From positions 33,493 through 97,492 of the forward strand of contig CANQBO010000007.1 of assembly GCA_947589475.1 (NCBI GenBank): a DNA stretch of 64,000 nt, written 5' to 3'. The number at the start of each line of letters is the position of its first letter. Within the stretch, counting starts at the first letter, position 1. The translations under genes were made by a program, and so were the position numbers. Under the pieces are notes generated by a model. It had not been told where the DNA came from. It saw nothing but the letters and a program-made list of their open reading frames with translations, and searched no databases. This document shows positions 26,350-34,848 of the stretch, piece after piece. The DNA is from an uncultured Clostridia bacterium. GTDB lineage: Bacteria > Bacillota > Clostridia > Christensenellales > CAG-917.

Positions 26350-28464
26350 TTACGCCTTCTTGACGATCTCCTTGAGTTTGAGGTCTACGCGGTGTTTCTC
26401 GTCGATCTTGATGACTTTGACAAGCACGATGTCGCCCACATTGACGACGTCCGTCACCTTGTCAACGCGCTTGTCGGAGAGCTTGGAGATGTGGATCATT
26501 CCGTCCTTGCCGGGAGCAAAGTTGACGTTTGCGCCAAACTGCCCCTTGTCGTTCTCCATTATTTTGGTGACGACGCCCTCATAGATGTCGCCGACCTCGA
26601 CGTCGCGCACGATGGTTTCGATGATGTTCTTCGCCTTGTTGATGGCGGTCATATCGTTGGACGCGACAAAGACTACGCCGTCGTCGTTGATGTCGATCTT
26701 GACGCCCGTGTCGTCGACGATCTTGTTTATGGTCTTGCCGCCCTTGCCGATGATGTCGCCGATCTTGTCGGGATCCACCTCGAAGGACACGATCTTAGGC
26801 GCCCACTTGCTGAGTTCGGGACGCGGCTCGGCTATGACAGCCTTCATCTTGCCGAGTATCTCAAGCCTGCCGAGTCTTGCTTGCTCGAGCGCTCTCTTCA
26901 AAATGCTCTCGTCTATGCCCTTGATCTTGATGTCCATCTGAATGGCGGTTATGCCTTCCGTCGTGCCCGCGACTTTGAAGTCCATATCGCCGAGGAAGTC
27001 CTCGAGGCCCTGAATATCCGTGAGCACTGCGACTTTGCCCTGCTCCTCATTCTTGATGAGACCCATAGCGATGCCCGCGACGGGAGCCTTGATGGGAACG
27101 CCCGCGTCCATCAGCGCGAGTGTACTGCCGCATACGGACGCCTGAGAAGTGGAGCCGTTGGAACTCAAGATGTCGGACACTGTACGTATTGCATACGGGA
27201 ATTCCTCCTCGCTGGGCAAAACAGGCTCCAGAGCGCGCTCGGCGAGGGCGCCGTGACCTATCTCGCGTCTGCCGGGACTCTTGAGCGCCTTAGCCTCGCC
27301 TGTGGAGTAGCCGGGCATGTTGTATTGATGCATGTATCTCTTATAATAGTCGTCGTCGAGACCTTCCAGCCTTTGCGCCTCGGATATAGTGCCGAGGGTG
27401 CAGGTGGTGAGGGCTTGAGTCTGACCTCTTGTGAACACGGCGCTACCGTGCACGCGCGGGAGCATGCCGACCTCTATCCAAATTGGACGTATCTCGGTGA
27501 GCGCTCTGCCGTCGGGACGCACGCCTTCGTTGAGTATCTTTGCGCGGACCTTCTCTTTTTTGAGGTAGTACAGGCTGTCGAGGATGAATTTTATCTTCTT
27601 TGGCTCGTCATTAAAGTCGTCCGCAAAGTGTGCGAGCACGTCCTCGTTGAGGGCGTCCTCTCTCGCCTCGCGCTCATAACGCTCGAACGCCTCGAGCACA
27701 TAGTCCATCTTCTTGTCCGCATATGCGCGGACTGCGGCGTCGATAGCCTCGGGGATATGCTCAAGCTCTATATCCTGCTTCGGCTTGCCTACAGCCTTCT
27801 GTATCTCTTCGATGAAGGCGACGATCTTTTTGATTTCCTCATGTCCGAACATTATTGCGCCGAGCATCTCCTCTTCGGTGATGACTTCCGCGCCCGCTTC
27901 GACCATCATTATGGCGTCCTTAGTGCCGCTCAAATTGAGTGTAAGGCGGGACTTAGCGCGCTGTTCGCTGTCGGGATTGATGACATATTCGCCGTCTACA
28001 AGGCCTACGACCACGGAGCCTGTGGGACCTGCCCACGGGATATCCGATATACTGAGCGCGACGGACGAGCCTATCATGCCGAAAACTTCGGGCGGGATGT
28101 TGGTGTCCACTGACAGCACTGTAGCGATGACCGTAACGTCGTTGTAAAGTCCCTTCGGGAAGAGCGGACGAATGGGGCGGTCGATGAGGCGCGACGTCAA
28201 AATAGCTTTGTCGCTTGCCCTGCCCTCGCGCTTTTTGAAGCCGCCGGGGATCTTGCCGATCGCGTACATTTTCTCTTCGTAATCCACGCTGAGGGGGAAG
28301 AAATCCATGCCCTCGCGAGGCGCCTTGCTCATGGTCGCGTTGACCATGACCACCGTGTCGCCGCAGCGGACTACGCACGAACCGTTTGCTTGCGAGCAAT
28401 ATGCGCCCGTTTCAACGATAAGCTCTCTGCCGCCGACTGTTGTCTTGAAAATTTGTCTTTCCAT
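26350..28464 (-). CDS. pnp: Polyribonucleotide nucleotidyltransferase (PNPase)
   Basis: 704 aa with two RNase PH domains plus KH (GKGGKTINKI) and S1 C-terminal domains. Confidence 0.95.
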   Translation of the reverse strand: MERQIFKTTVGGRELIVETGAYCSQANGSCVVRCGDTVVMVNATMSKAPREGMDFFPLSVDYEEKMYAIGKIPGGFKKREGRASDKAILTSRLIDRPIRPLFPKGLYNDVTVIATVLSVDTNIPPEVFGMIGSSVALSISDIPWAGPTGSVVVGLVDGEYVINPDSEQRAKSRLTLNLSGTKDAIMMVEAGAEVITEEEMLGAIMFGHEEIKKIVAFIEEIQKAVGKPKQDIELEHIPEAIDAAVRAYADKKMDYVLEAFERYEREAREDALNEDVLAHFADDFNDEPKKIKFILDSLYYLKKEKVRAKILNEGVRPDGRALTEIRPIWIEVGMLPRVHGSAVFTRGQTQALTTCTLGTISEAQRLEGLDDDYYKRYMHQYNMPGYSTGEAKALKSPGRREIGHGALAERALEPVLPSEEEFPYAIRTVSDILSSNGSTSQASVCGSTLALMDAGVPIKAPVAGIAMGLIKNEEQGKVAVLTDIQGLEDFLGDMDFKVAGTTEGITAIQMDIKIKGIDESILKRALEQARLGRLEILGKMKAVIAEPRPELSKWAPKIVSFEVDPDKIGDIIGKGGKTINKIVDDTGVKIDINDDGVVFVASNDMTAINKAKNIIETIVRDVEVGDIYEGVVTKIMENDKGQFGANVNFAPGKDGMIHISKLSDKRVDKVTDVVNVGDIVLVKVIKIDEKHRVDLKLKEIVKKA

Positions 28465-28539
28465 ATATATCTCCTATTCTCGGGGATTCCGTCATCCCCT
28501 ATTTTTGTTTGGGTAGAGCGTATGTATCGATACGCTCAT

Positions 28540-28569
28540 AAAAAATCGGGTGCGACAAACAGCGCACCC
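28540..28569 (-). terminator. rpsO terminator / start of the structured pnp leader
   Basis: On the minus strand, GGGTGCG-CTGTTTGT-CGCACCC followed by T6. Two further hairpins (GAGCGTAT/ATACGCTC and GGGGAT/ATCCCC) lie between it and the pnp ATG. Confidence 0.65.
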
Positions 28570-28579
28570 AATTCTTTTT

Positions 28580-28843
28580 TCACTTTCTGAGTCCGAGCGA
28601 GCTGACGATTGCACGATACCTCTCGATGTCAACGTCCTTGAGATAGTTGAGCAAGCTCTTCCTGTGACCGACCATCATGAGCAGTCCTCTGCGGCTGTGA
28701 TGATCCTTCTTGTGCACCTTGAGGTGCTCGGTGAGTTCCTTGATGCGCTCGGTGAGAAGCGCGATCTGCACTTCGGGAGAGCCTGTGTCGCCCTCACTGC
28801 GCGCATACTTTGCAATGATCTGTTGCTTGAGTTCCTTATCCAT
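28580..28843 (-). CDS. rpsO: 30S ribosomal protein S15
   Basis: Start [34 protein letters not shown] at 28843, with AAGGAGGT upstream. Confidence 0.95.
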   Translation of the reverse strand: MDKELKQQIIAKYARSEGDTGSPEVQIALLTERIKELTEHLKVHKKDHHSRRGLLMMVGHRKSLLNYLKDVDIERYRAIVSSLGLRK

Positions 28844-29020
28844 TGATTTAACCTCCTTCGCTGGATAAATAATTCGCTTGCAACCAAGTAAGGACTCGGA
28901 GTATTTGACCAAACCTCGTCGCAAGTACGCGGATAATAATATCACAAACAAACTAAATTGTAAACAAATTTAGCGGACTTTATAAATTTTTTTTGAAGAA
29001 GGATGTTTATTAAAAGCCAA

Positions 29021-30319
29021 TTAGTCCTTTAAGCATCCTATCGGTATGATATATACGCCCTCTTTGCTCTTATACGCCATTTCGCCGCCGGTAAGCACAA
29101 TAAGTGCGGACGGTTTTGAGAGTGGACATTGCTCATTTTCCGAATTGTATTTTTCAATCAGAGCATTGAGGCTCAGCAAATGGTCGATACCGTTTGATAT
29201 CTCGCGGCTACCGAGTTTGCACTCTATAAGAGCATACCTGCCGTCTTTGAGATGTAAAACGAAGTCCGCTTCGAGATCGTATCTGTCGTGATAATAGCTG
29301 AGTTGCCCTCTCATCGATTGCGAATATACCCTAAGATCCCTCGCGCAAAGCGTTTCAAAGAAAAAGCCGAAGGTCTTGAGATCCGTATAAAAATATTCGG
29401 GATCGACGCCAAGTGCGGCAATGCCTATCGACGGATCGACGAATTCTCGCTTGTATCTGCTTCTTATTGCCGAAGCGGAGCGTATGGACGGACACCATGC
29501 GGGCACATCCTCTATCACAAATAATTTTTCGAGCGCGGAGTGATAATCGTCGAAAGTGGACGCAGATATACTGTTGAATACCGCGGCAATGTCACTACGC
29601 AACAACTGTTCCGTCGCCAAAGTCGAAACGTTTCTTGCATACGATCTTAAAATGTGTCTCGCTTTTTCGGGGTCTCTGTTTTTTCCGTCTACGGTCGATA
29701 TTTCCATTGCGCATATGCCATCCAGATAATCGCTTGCCACTATCAGCTTAGCCGCGTCAGACCTCTTAGACAGGCTTGAAGGCCATCCGCCGCGACACGC
29801 CGCAAAAATGAGCTCTTCGACCGAAAGATCGGAGCGTATGCCGTCTATGTCATAATTCGGATCGTCGAAGAGCCTTAAAAGCGATATCTTGCCGTTTGAC
29901 TCGCCTGACTCGAACAGTGTCATTGGGTACATCTTCATTCGAGATATTCTGCCTATCCCCGTATGCATAATGCTGTTTTCATCAACGGAATTAGAACCCG
30001 TCAAAATGAAAAGTCCCTCTCTGTTTTCTTCGTCGACAGCACTGCGTACAGCGTCCCACAGTTCCGGAGCGACCTGCCATTCGTCTATGAGTCGAGGCTT
30101 ATCGCCCAAAAGCAAAAGCGACGGCTTTGTGTTTGCCGTTGTCAAATATGACTCGCGTCTGTCCGGATCCTGCATTTTGAGTACGCTTTTCGCTTGCATT
30201 TCGGCAGTCGTGGTCTTGCCGCACCACTTTGGCCCTACGATGAGCGTCGCCCCAAACGCTTCAAGCCTCAAAGCAAGCTCTTTATCAGCCAATCTGGGCA
30301 AATATTGTTTATATGTCAT
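29021..30319 (-). CDS. AAA+ ATPase of the AAA_14/DUF4143 (COG1373-like) type with a PD-(D/E)xK-like C-terminal motif
   Basis: Start MTYKQYLPRL at 30319. Walker A GPKWCGKTT, Walker B RLIDEWQ, and the family-typical FILTGSNS...GRISRMKMYPMTLFE. The C-terminus LEADFVLHLKDGRYALIECKLG has a D..E.K nuclease-like pattern. A 60-nt sample at 29100-29159 is 38% GC by hand count. Confidence 0.8.
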   Translation of the reverse strand: MTYKQYLPRLADKELALRLEAFGATLIVGPKWCGKTTTAEMQAKSVLKMQDPDRRESYLTTANTKPSLLLLGDKPRLIDEWQVAPELWDAVRSAVDEENREGLFILTGSNSVDENSIMHTGIGRISRMKMYPMTLFESGESNGKISLLRLFDDPNYDIDGIRSDLSVEELIFAACRGGWPSSLSKRSDAAKLIVASDYLDGICAMEISTVDGKNRDPEKARHILRSYARNVSTLATEQLLRSDIAAVFNSISASTFDDYHSALEKLFVIEDVPAWCPSIRSASAIRSRYKREFVDPSIGIAALGVDPEYFYTDLKTFGFFFETLCARDLRVYSQSMRGQLSYYHDRYDLEADFVLHLKDGRYALIECKLGSREISNGIDHLLSLNALIEKYNSENEQCPLSKPSALIVLTGGEMAYKSKEGVYIIPIGCLKD

Positions 30320-30341
30320 ATGCACCTCACATCTTTGCAAA

Positions 30342-30371
30342 ATTATAGCATTTAAAGTTTGTCGAAGTCAA
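30342..30371 (-). promoter_or_regulatory. Putative sigma-A promoter of the ATPase gene (TTGACT, 18 nt spacer, TATAAT)
   Basis: Read on the minus strand; the -10 is at 30347-30342 and the -35 at 30371-30366. It lies immediately promoter-proximal to the 23-bp repeat array. Confidence 0.5.
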
Positions 30372-30390
30372 TACTTTATGACAGAAAAAT

Positions 30391-30528
30391 GTATTTTTGT
30401 GGCATTTCATTACGTACTTTTGTGGCATTTCATCATGTATTTTTGTGTTAATTTATAACGTACTTTTGTGGTGTTTCGTAATGAACTTTTGCGGTATTTC
30501 GCAACGCACTTTTGTGGTAAGTGCGCAT
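30391..30528. repeat. Six head-to-tail, exactly phased 23-bp direct repeats (consensus GTAYTTTTGTGGYATTTCRTNAY)
   Basis: Units start at 30391, 30414, 30437, 30460, 30483 and 30506. R1 is gtatttttgtggcatttcattac and R2 is gtacttttgtggcatttcatcat (20/23 identical). R3-R6 are progressively more diverged. The period is not a multiple of 3. Confidence 0.9.
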
Positions 30529-30530
30529 AC

Positions 30531-30569
30531 AAAGTCAAGGGCGGGAATTTGTCCCGCCCTTTTGACTTT
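30531..30569. terminator. Strong hairpin terminator downstream of the 743-aa gene
   Basis: GGGCGGGA-ATTTG-TCCCGCCC core, extended by AAAGTCAA/TTGACTTT, with T-rich flanks. Confidence 0.7.
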
Positions 30570-30585
30570 TCATTTGCGCAACGGA

Positions 30586-32817
30586 CTATGCGCTCCGCTT
30601 CCTTGCTATGCCTTCATCGTAGTAGGCAAGATCTATGCGATAGCCGCGATATTCATGCATATATTCTTTGTATGCCGCAAGCTGCTTCTTATATAGTTGC
30701 TCTTTCTCGCGTGTATTGGAAAGATATTCTTTATATTGCACCGTCTTTTTGAGCTTCCTTGCGCCCAAAACCTGCTCCGTATATTTATTTGATGTAATCA
30801 GCATTCTAATTGCCAATATCCATAAAACAAAGAAATAAACTATTCCTGCGCAGGGCAACATAAAGTATATAATCTCTAACGAACACGAATATAACCGCTC
30901 TTCTGCGCTCGAATACACGCGGGAGACGTTGACCAATTTTATGATTGCGTCTCTTGTGGAAAGTGCGGGATCCTCAAATGAAATATGCCAAATTGCATTT
31001 CTGATGTCATTCATACACCAAATATATTGAGTATGGTATCCTAAAGTTTTGTCGGGAAATTCATAAAATTTAGTTATACCCGCCGGTATAGCTTGCAATT
31101 TTTTTTCAAGCTCGGCATATTGCTCCTTCGTTATAACCTGATAATCATACTCACTCACTCTTATTTCAATTTTACTATCGTCATCTTGCACCTCTGATGT
31201 TACAAGTTTTCCGCACACAGCATCAAAAATAATAGCAAAATTATTGGGAACGGAGTAGGAGTTGTGATAATCTGTAGTAGTTAAATCCAAATCAAAATAT
31301 TCGTTCAATGCGTCGATCGCCTCTATAATCGGCTTGACATTCTTTTCATATCCTTTGACTACATTCTCAAGACCATCCGCGGATGCAATATACAATAGCG
31401 CGTCCACATTATCATAAGTACCAGCATCGGTAGCCTTGAAATCCCAAAAATTTTGTCTATGCAATATAAAGTCAGCAATTTGTTCGTCGGACATATCGGT
31501 TATTTTTTTCAATTCTTTGTAACCTAAATTATAAACCGTCACATCAGAAGGCGCTTCGTTCATCTCATTCTCGTCACTGTTCTCTAGGTTCCACATACTC
31601 ATACTCAAGTGAATACTCTCATATTGGACATCATTCATGTCCTCATACCAGTATTTAAAATCATTATTATCGATATCGGTTTTGAAAAAACTATACGGAC
31701 TTATAATATGAAATATCGGCCAAATCATCAGTAGCGCAACAGTTGCGCATACAAACATAAACGGCGCAATAATGTTGGCCGCTTTTATGGAGCCTCTTTT
31801 ACAAACCTTCCAAAAGTCTTTTGGCTTTGTGGTGGCATAATAAATTATTGCAATTATTCCACCGATGACGCCCAAAAACAAGATCATCACGAGATATGCG
31901 ACGGCTTCTCTTCGTTTTATGTGTTTTACTATTTTCTTTTTATCTTCCTCGCTGTCTGCAACGGCGATATTTTTATATGTTGGCGCCTTTTTTTGAGGTT
32001 TTTGAGGTTTCCCGACAGGGAACGGCTCTAAGGGTTGAGTAAGTTTGGCGCGAGCGGCGTCTTTTTGAGCTTCGTACTCGTCCTTTGCCCCGCGCCATAC
32101 AAGCGATATGAGCTTTCTGCCAAACAGCGCCGAGATCATCAACAGTCCGAAGAACAGCGAGAAGAAGATGATACATATGGGCGCCGCGCCCGGTTCGGAC
32201 AGCCCGAGGTCGTCACCAACGTTCGCGCAAAGTATGCATCCGAGCAGGAAAATGACAAACAAAAGCAACAGGCTTGCGAGGTCGAATATACTCTTTAGTT
32301 TGAAAGTGCAGTCACCGACTTTAAACTTTGTTGCCGCAAGCGGGACATACATCGCGAACGCAAGCTCGACCGCCGCGACTACTACCGCAAGAGCGGCGAA
32401 CGCTACAAGCGAAGCGCATATGCCCTGCATTGACGCGCCCGAACCGCCCTCTTCATCAAAGTCTAAATCGTCTGCCGCAGACAAGGCAAATTCATCTCCC
32501 CAATCATCTGCGGACTCTTCTTCACTCCCCGAAAGATAGGAATACACGGAGTCGGATACTCCGCCGAATTCCTCCGCAAGTTCGCTCTTTGTGACGGGAC
32601 CCGCAAAGCAGATCAACATCAAAGCCGCAAACACGGCGAAGAGTATGGAGAAAATTTTCGGCATATGCGCGTACAGTTTGCCTATAAGCGCGGGCACGGT
32701 TGCCCTGCCAGCGGACGGAGCGGATGCATCGTTTTGTTTTGGCAAGCCGTCAGCAGGCTCGCCGCAATTCGGACAGAATTTGCCTTCGAATTCCTGTCCG
32801 CACTTTGAACACTTCAT
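30586..32817 (-). CDS. Hypothetical 743-aa zinc-ribbon, multi-pass membrane protein with a compositionally foreign C-terminal two-thirds
   Basis: N-terminal MKCSKCGQEFEGKFCPNCGEP (CxxC..CxxC zinc ribbon), an acidic stretch, at least 6 TM segments, a ~300-aa hydrophilic region, a final TM, and a Lys/Tyr/Glu-rich tail. About 1.25 kb of the ORF runs uninterrupted through ~27-35% GC DNA, which argues for real coding. Confidence 0.75.
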   Translation of the reverse strand: MKCSKCGQEFEGKFCPNCGEPADGLPKQNDASAPSAGRATVPALIGKLYAHMPKIFSILFAVFAALMLICFAGPVTKSELAEEFGGVSDSVYSYLSGSEEESADDWGDEFALSAADDLDFDEEGGSGASMQGICASLVAFAALAVVVAAVELAFAMYVPLAATKFKVGDCTFKLKSIFDLASLLLLFVIFLLGCILCANVGDDLGLSEPGAAPICIIFFSLFFGLLMISALFGRKLISLVWRGAKDEYEAQKDAARAKLTQPLEPFPVGKPQKPQKKAPTYKNIAVADSEEDKKKIVKHIKRREAVAYLVMILFLGVIGGIIAIIYYATTKPKDFWKVCKRGSIKAANIIAPFMFVCATVALLMIWPIFHIISPYSFFKTDIDNNDFKYWYEDMNDVQYESIHLSMSMWNLENSDENEMNEAPSDVTVYNLGYKELKKITDMSDEQIADFILHRQNFWDFKATDAGTYDNVDALLYIASADGLENVVKGYEKNVKPIIEAIDALNEYFDLDLTTTDYHNSYSVPNNFAIIFDAVCGKLVTSEVQDDDSKIEIRVSEYDYQVITKEQYAELEKKLQAIPAGITKFYEFPDKTLGYHTQYIWCMNDIRNAIWHISFEDPALSTRDAIIKLVNVSRVYSSAEERLYSCSLEIIYFMLPCAGIVYFFVLWILAIRMLITSNKYTEQVLGARKLKKTVQYKEYLSNTREKEQLYKKQLAAYKEYMHEYRGYRIDLAYYDEGIARKRSA

Positions 32818-32841
32818 TGTTGTAACTCCTTTTTAAATTTT

Positions 32842-32890
32842 AAGTACAATTTGCTTGTACTTTTTTCGTAATTGTACAAGATATTTGTAC
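32842..32890. promoter_or_regulatory. GTAC-core palindromic operator cluster in the divergent promoter region
   Basis: AAGTACAA-N5-TTGTACTT (32842-32862), the palindrome TTGTACAA (32872-32879), and TTGTAC (32885-32890). The four GTAC cores are spaced 13/17/13 nt apart. Confidence 0.45.
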
Positions 32891-32915
32891 TCTTGTCAAT
32901 GATTTGGGTAAAGTT

Positions 32916-33125
32916 ATGGAAAAAAATGCTATCGCAAAAAATATCAAACTTTTAAGACGCTCATTGGGACTTACACAAGGAGAATTAGCAGAAAAACTAT
33001 GCGGCAAAAAGAGCCTTGTAAGCAATTACGAGAACGGTTATTCCGTGCCCGATATTTTCACGCTCATTCAGCTTGCGGACATCTTCGACGTCACTCTGGA
33101 CGAGCTTGTCGGTCGCGACAAATGA
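32916..33125 (+). CDS. XRE-family helix-turn-helix transcriptional regulator (69 aa)
   Basis: IKLLRRSLGLTQGELAEKLCGKKSLVSNYENGYSVPDIFTLIQLADIFDVTLDELV is a canonical Cro/C1-type HTH. The ATG at 32916 is preferred over the TTG at 32904; no strong RBS is visible. Confidence 0.8.
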   Translation: MEKNAIAKNIKLLRRSLGLTQGELAEKLCGKKSLVSNYENGYSVPDIFTLIQLADIFDVTLDELVGRDK

Positions 33126-33351
33126 GCGCCTTATTTTTGATGATGTCGCCCTTGAAATTTTTAAGCAAAAATTCAAAACCCGCACTTTAAGACATTGTTT
33201 TTTGCAGATAAAATACGATTTATTGTCATCTTGAGCGAAGTCGAAAGATCCCCCTGTGCAACGCATGACGATCCCCTAGATACGCTTTGAGGAAAGCTTG
33301 TCCGATCGGAATTTATGAAATGAAACGCCTTGCCTTGGCTCTCGTCGTACT

Positions 33352-34791
33352 TTATTTCCAAAATTCGGCTTGACGGGAGAGCATCAGGTCGATGTTTTTG
33401 ATGTATTCGAGGGGTTCTTTATAGTTGGCGCAACGGGTGATGAGGTTTTTGTCCGCTTCCCACTTTTTGGAGATGGCGTTTGCGCCGCTCGCGATTATAG
33501 AGGTGTCCTCCTCCATAATGTCGATGTTGTAGATGCACTCGTGCCCGGGCAAGGAATAACCGACGTTTTCGAGGTTGCCGCTAGTATACTTTTGGCGATA
33601 CATATAGTACGGTCTGTAGCCCGCCGCGGACAGCTTGTCGTAGGCGTAGTCCACCATGCGCGAGGCGAGGTCGAAGCCCGCGTCCTCGAAGCCCTCGTTT
33701 TTGAGGCGACTGCCTTTTTTCATATACAGCGTATGCACGGTGATGTTTTCGGGAGCGAGCGCGCAGGAAATGTCCACACTGCGCTTGAAATCCTCGAAAG
33801 TTTCGTTTGGCAACATCGCGATGAGGTCCATATTTACGTCCATTTTGCCCTTGACGAGCGCGTAGGCGTTGTAGATGTCCCTCGATCTATGCTTTCTGCC
33901 GATGAGTTCGAGCGTAGCGTCGTTGAAAGTCTGCGGATTGACGGAAATTCTGTTTACGCCATGGGAGAGCAACATCTCGATCATTTCGCGGTCTATAGTA
34001 TCCGGTCTGCCCGCCTCCACGGTGAATTCGCGCGCGGATGGACAATATGAGAGTATCCTATCCAAATTTTCCACGCCTATTGACGTCGGCGTTCCCCCTC
34101 CTATGTAGACGGAGCGGATGTTGATATTTTTTGACTTGATAAGCTCCTTTGTCTGCTCCAACTCCCGCAAAAGGCAATCGACATAGGGCGAGACAAGCTT
34201 CTTCTGCTTGTCGAGGGGAAGGCTGACAAACGAGCAATACGCGCACCTTGTGGGACAAAACGGAATGAACACAAACGCGTCCATATCCCGCTCGGACTTG
34301 TTGCGGAGCGGCTTTTGCACCTCGACTATGCGCTCGATAAGCTCGATCTTGCGCGGGCTTACGTCGTAGTCCTCCTCAAACACTTCGCGCGCGCTCTTGC
34401 CGTACAGCGCGGGCGAGGACTCTATCTCAACATACAGCTTTGTGGGACGAATTCCCGTGAGACAACCATACGGCAGACGCACTCCCGTGAGAAAAACAAG
34501 AGTGTTGTAGATAGCCATTTTGAGGAAGCGTTTTTCCTCGCGTTTGCGCAAAAGTTCGCTGTCCGCTTTGACAGGATATATAAATTTTTTGGAAAAGTTG
34601 TCAAGTTTGTCCGATTTGAGCGTGACGATAAAGGCGCGCGGAGAGCGGGAGTAGCTCACCTCAAGCGAGAAGTCCCCCTCGACGCGGCTGTCGAAAAGAC
34701 GGATAAGCTCCATCAGATCGCCCGCATATTCCTCATCGCAACAAACAAAATGTATCATAAACTCAAAAAGTTCCCCTGCTTTACGCTTCAA
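33352..34791 (-). CDS. hemZ: Radical SAM coproporphyrinogen-III dehydrogenase-like protein (HemN/HemZ family)
   Basis: 479 aa with the CxxxCxxC cluster FCPTRCAYCSF and GGGTPT. The long N-terminal extension is typical of HemZ-like proteins. Confidence 0.75.
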   Translation of the reverse strand: MKRKAGELFEFMIHFVCCDEEYAGDLMELIRLFDSRVEGDFSLEVSYSRSPRAFIVTLKSDKLDNFSKKFIYPVKADSELLRKREEKRFLKMAIYNTLVFLTGVRLPYGCLTGIRPTKLYVEIESSPALYGKSAREVFEEDYDVSPRKIELIERIVEVQKPLRNKSERDMDAFVFIPFCPTRCAYCSFVSLPLDKQKKLVSPYVDCLLRELEQTKELIKSKNINIRSVYIGGGTPTSIGVENLDRILSYCPSAREFTVEAGRPDTIDREMIEMLLSHGVNRISVNPQTFNDATLELIGRKHRSRDIYNAYALVKGKMDVNMDLIAMLPNETFEDFKRSVDISCALAPENITVHTLYMKKGSRLKNEGFEDAGFDLASRMVDYAYDKLSAAGYRPYYMYRQKYTSGNLENVGYSLPGHECIYNIDIMEEDTSIIASGANAISKKWEADKNLITRCANYKEPLEYIKNIDLMLSRQAEFWK

Positions 34792-34848
34792 AACTCACGA
34801 CGTATGCGCGATTTTGCTCATTGCGTTTTAAAGCGCCACGTTTAAAGT

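Noticed and set aside
26290-28113. 607-aa ORF on the plus strand
   Set aside because: It is entirely antisense to pnp, which has unmistakable PNPase domains. It is Arg/Leu/Val/Asp-rich with a composition typical of shadow ORFs in GC-rich coding DNA, and it has no RBS.
30391-30528. Whether the 23-bp repeat array is a CRISPR array
   Set aside because: The units are contiguous with no spacers, the 23-bp period is too short, the repeats degenerate progressively, and no cas genes are present in the window.
32997-33266. 89-aa ORF (..GGSFDFAQDDNKSYF..) downstream of the XRE gene
   Set aside because: It is antisense to the XRE 3' end and runs through a REP-like element. This peptide pattern is a known hallmark of spurious translation of such repeats.
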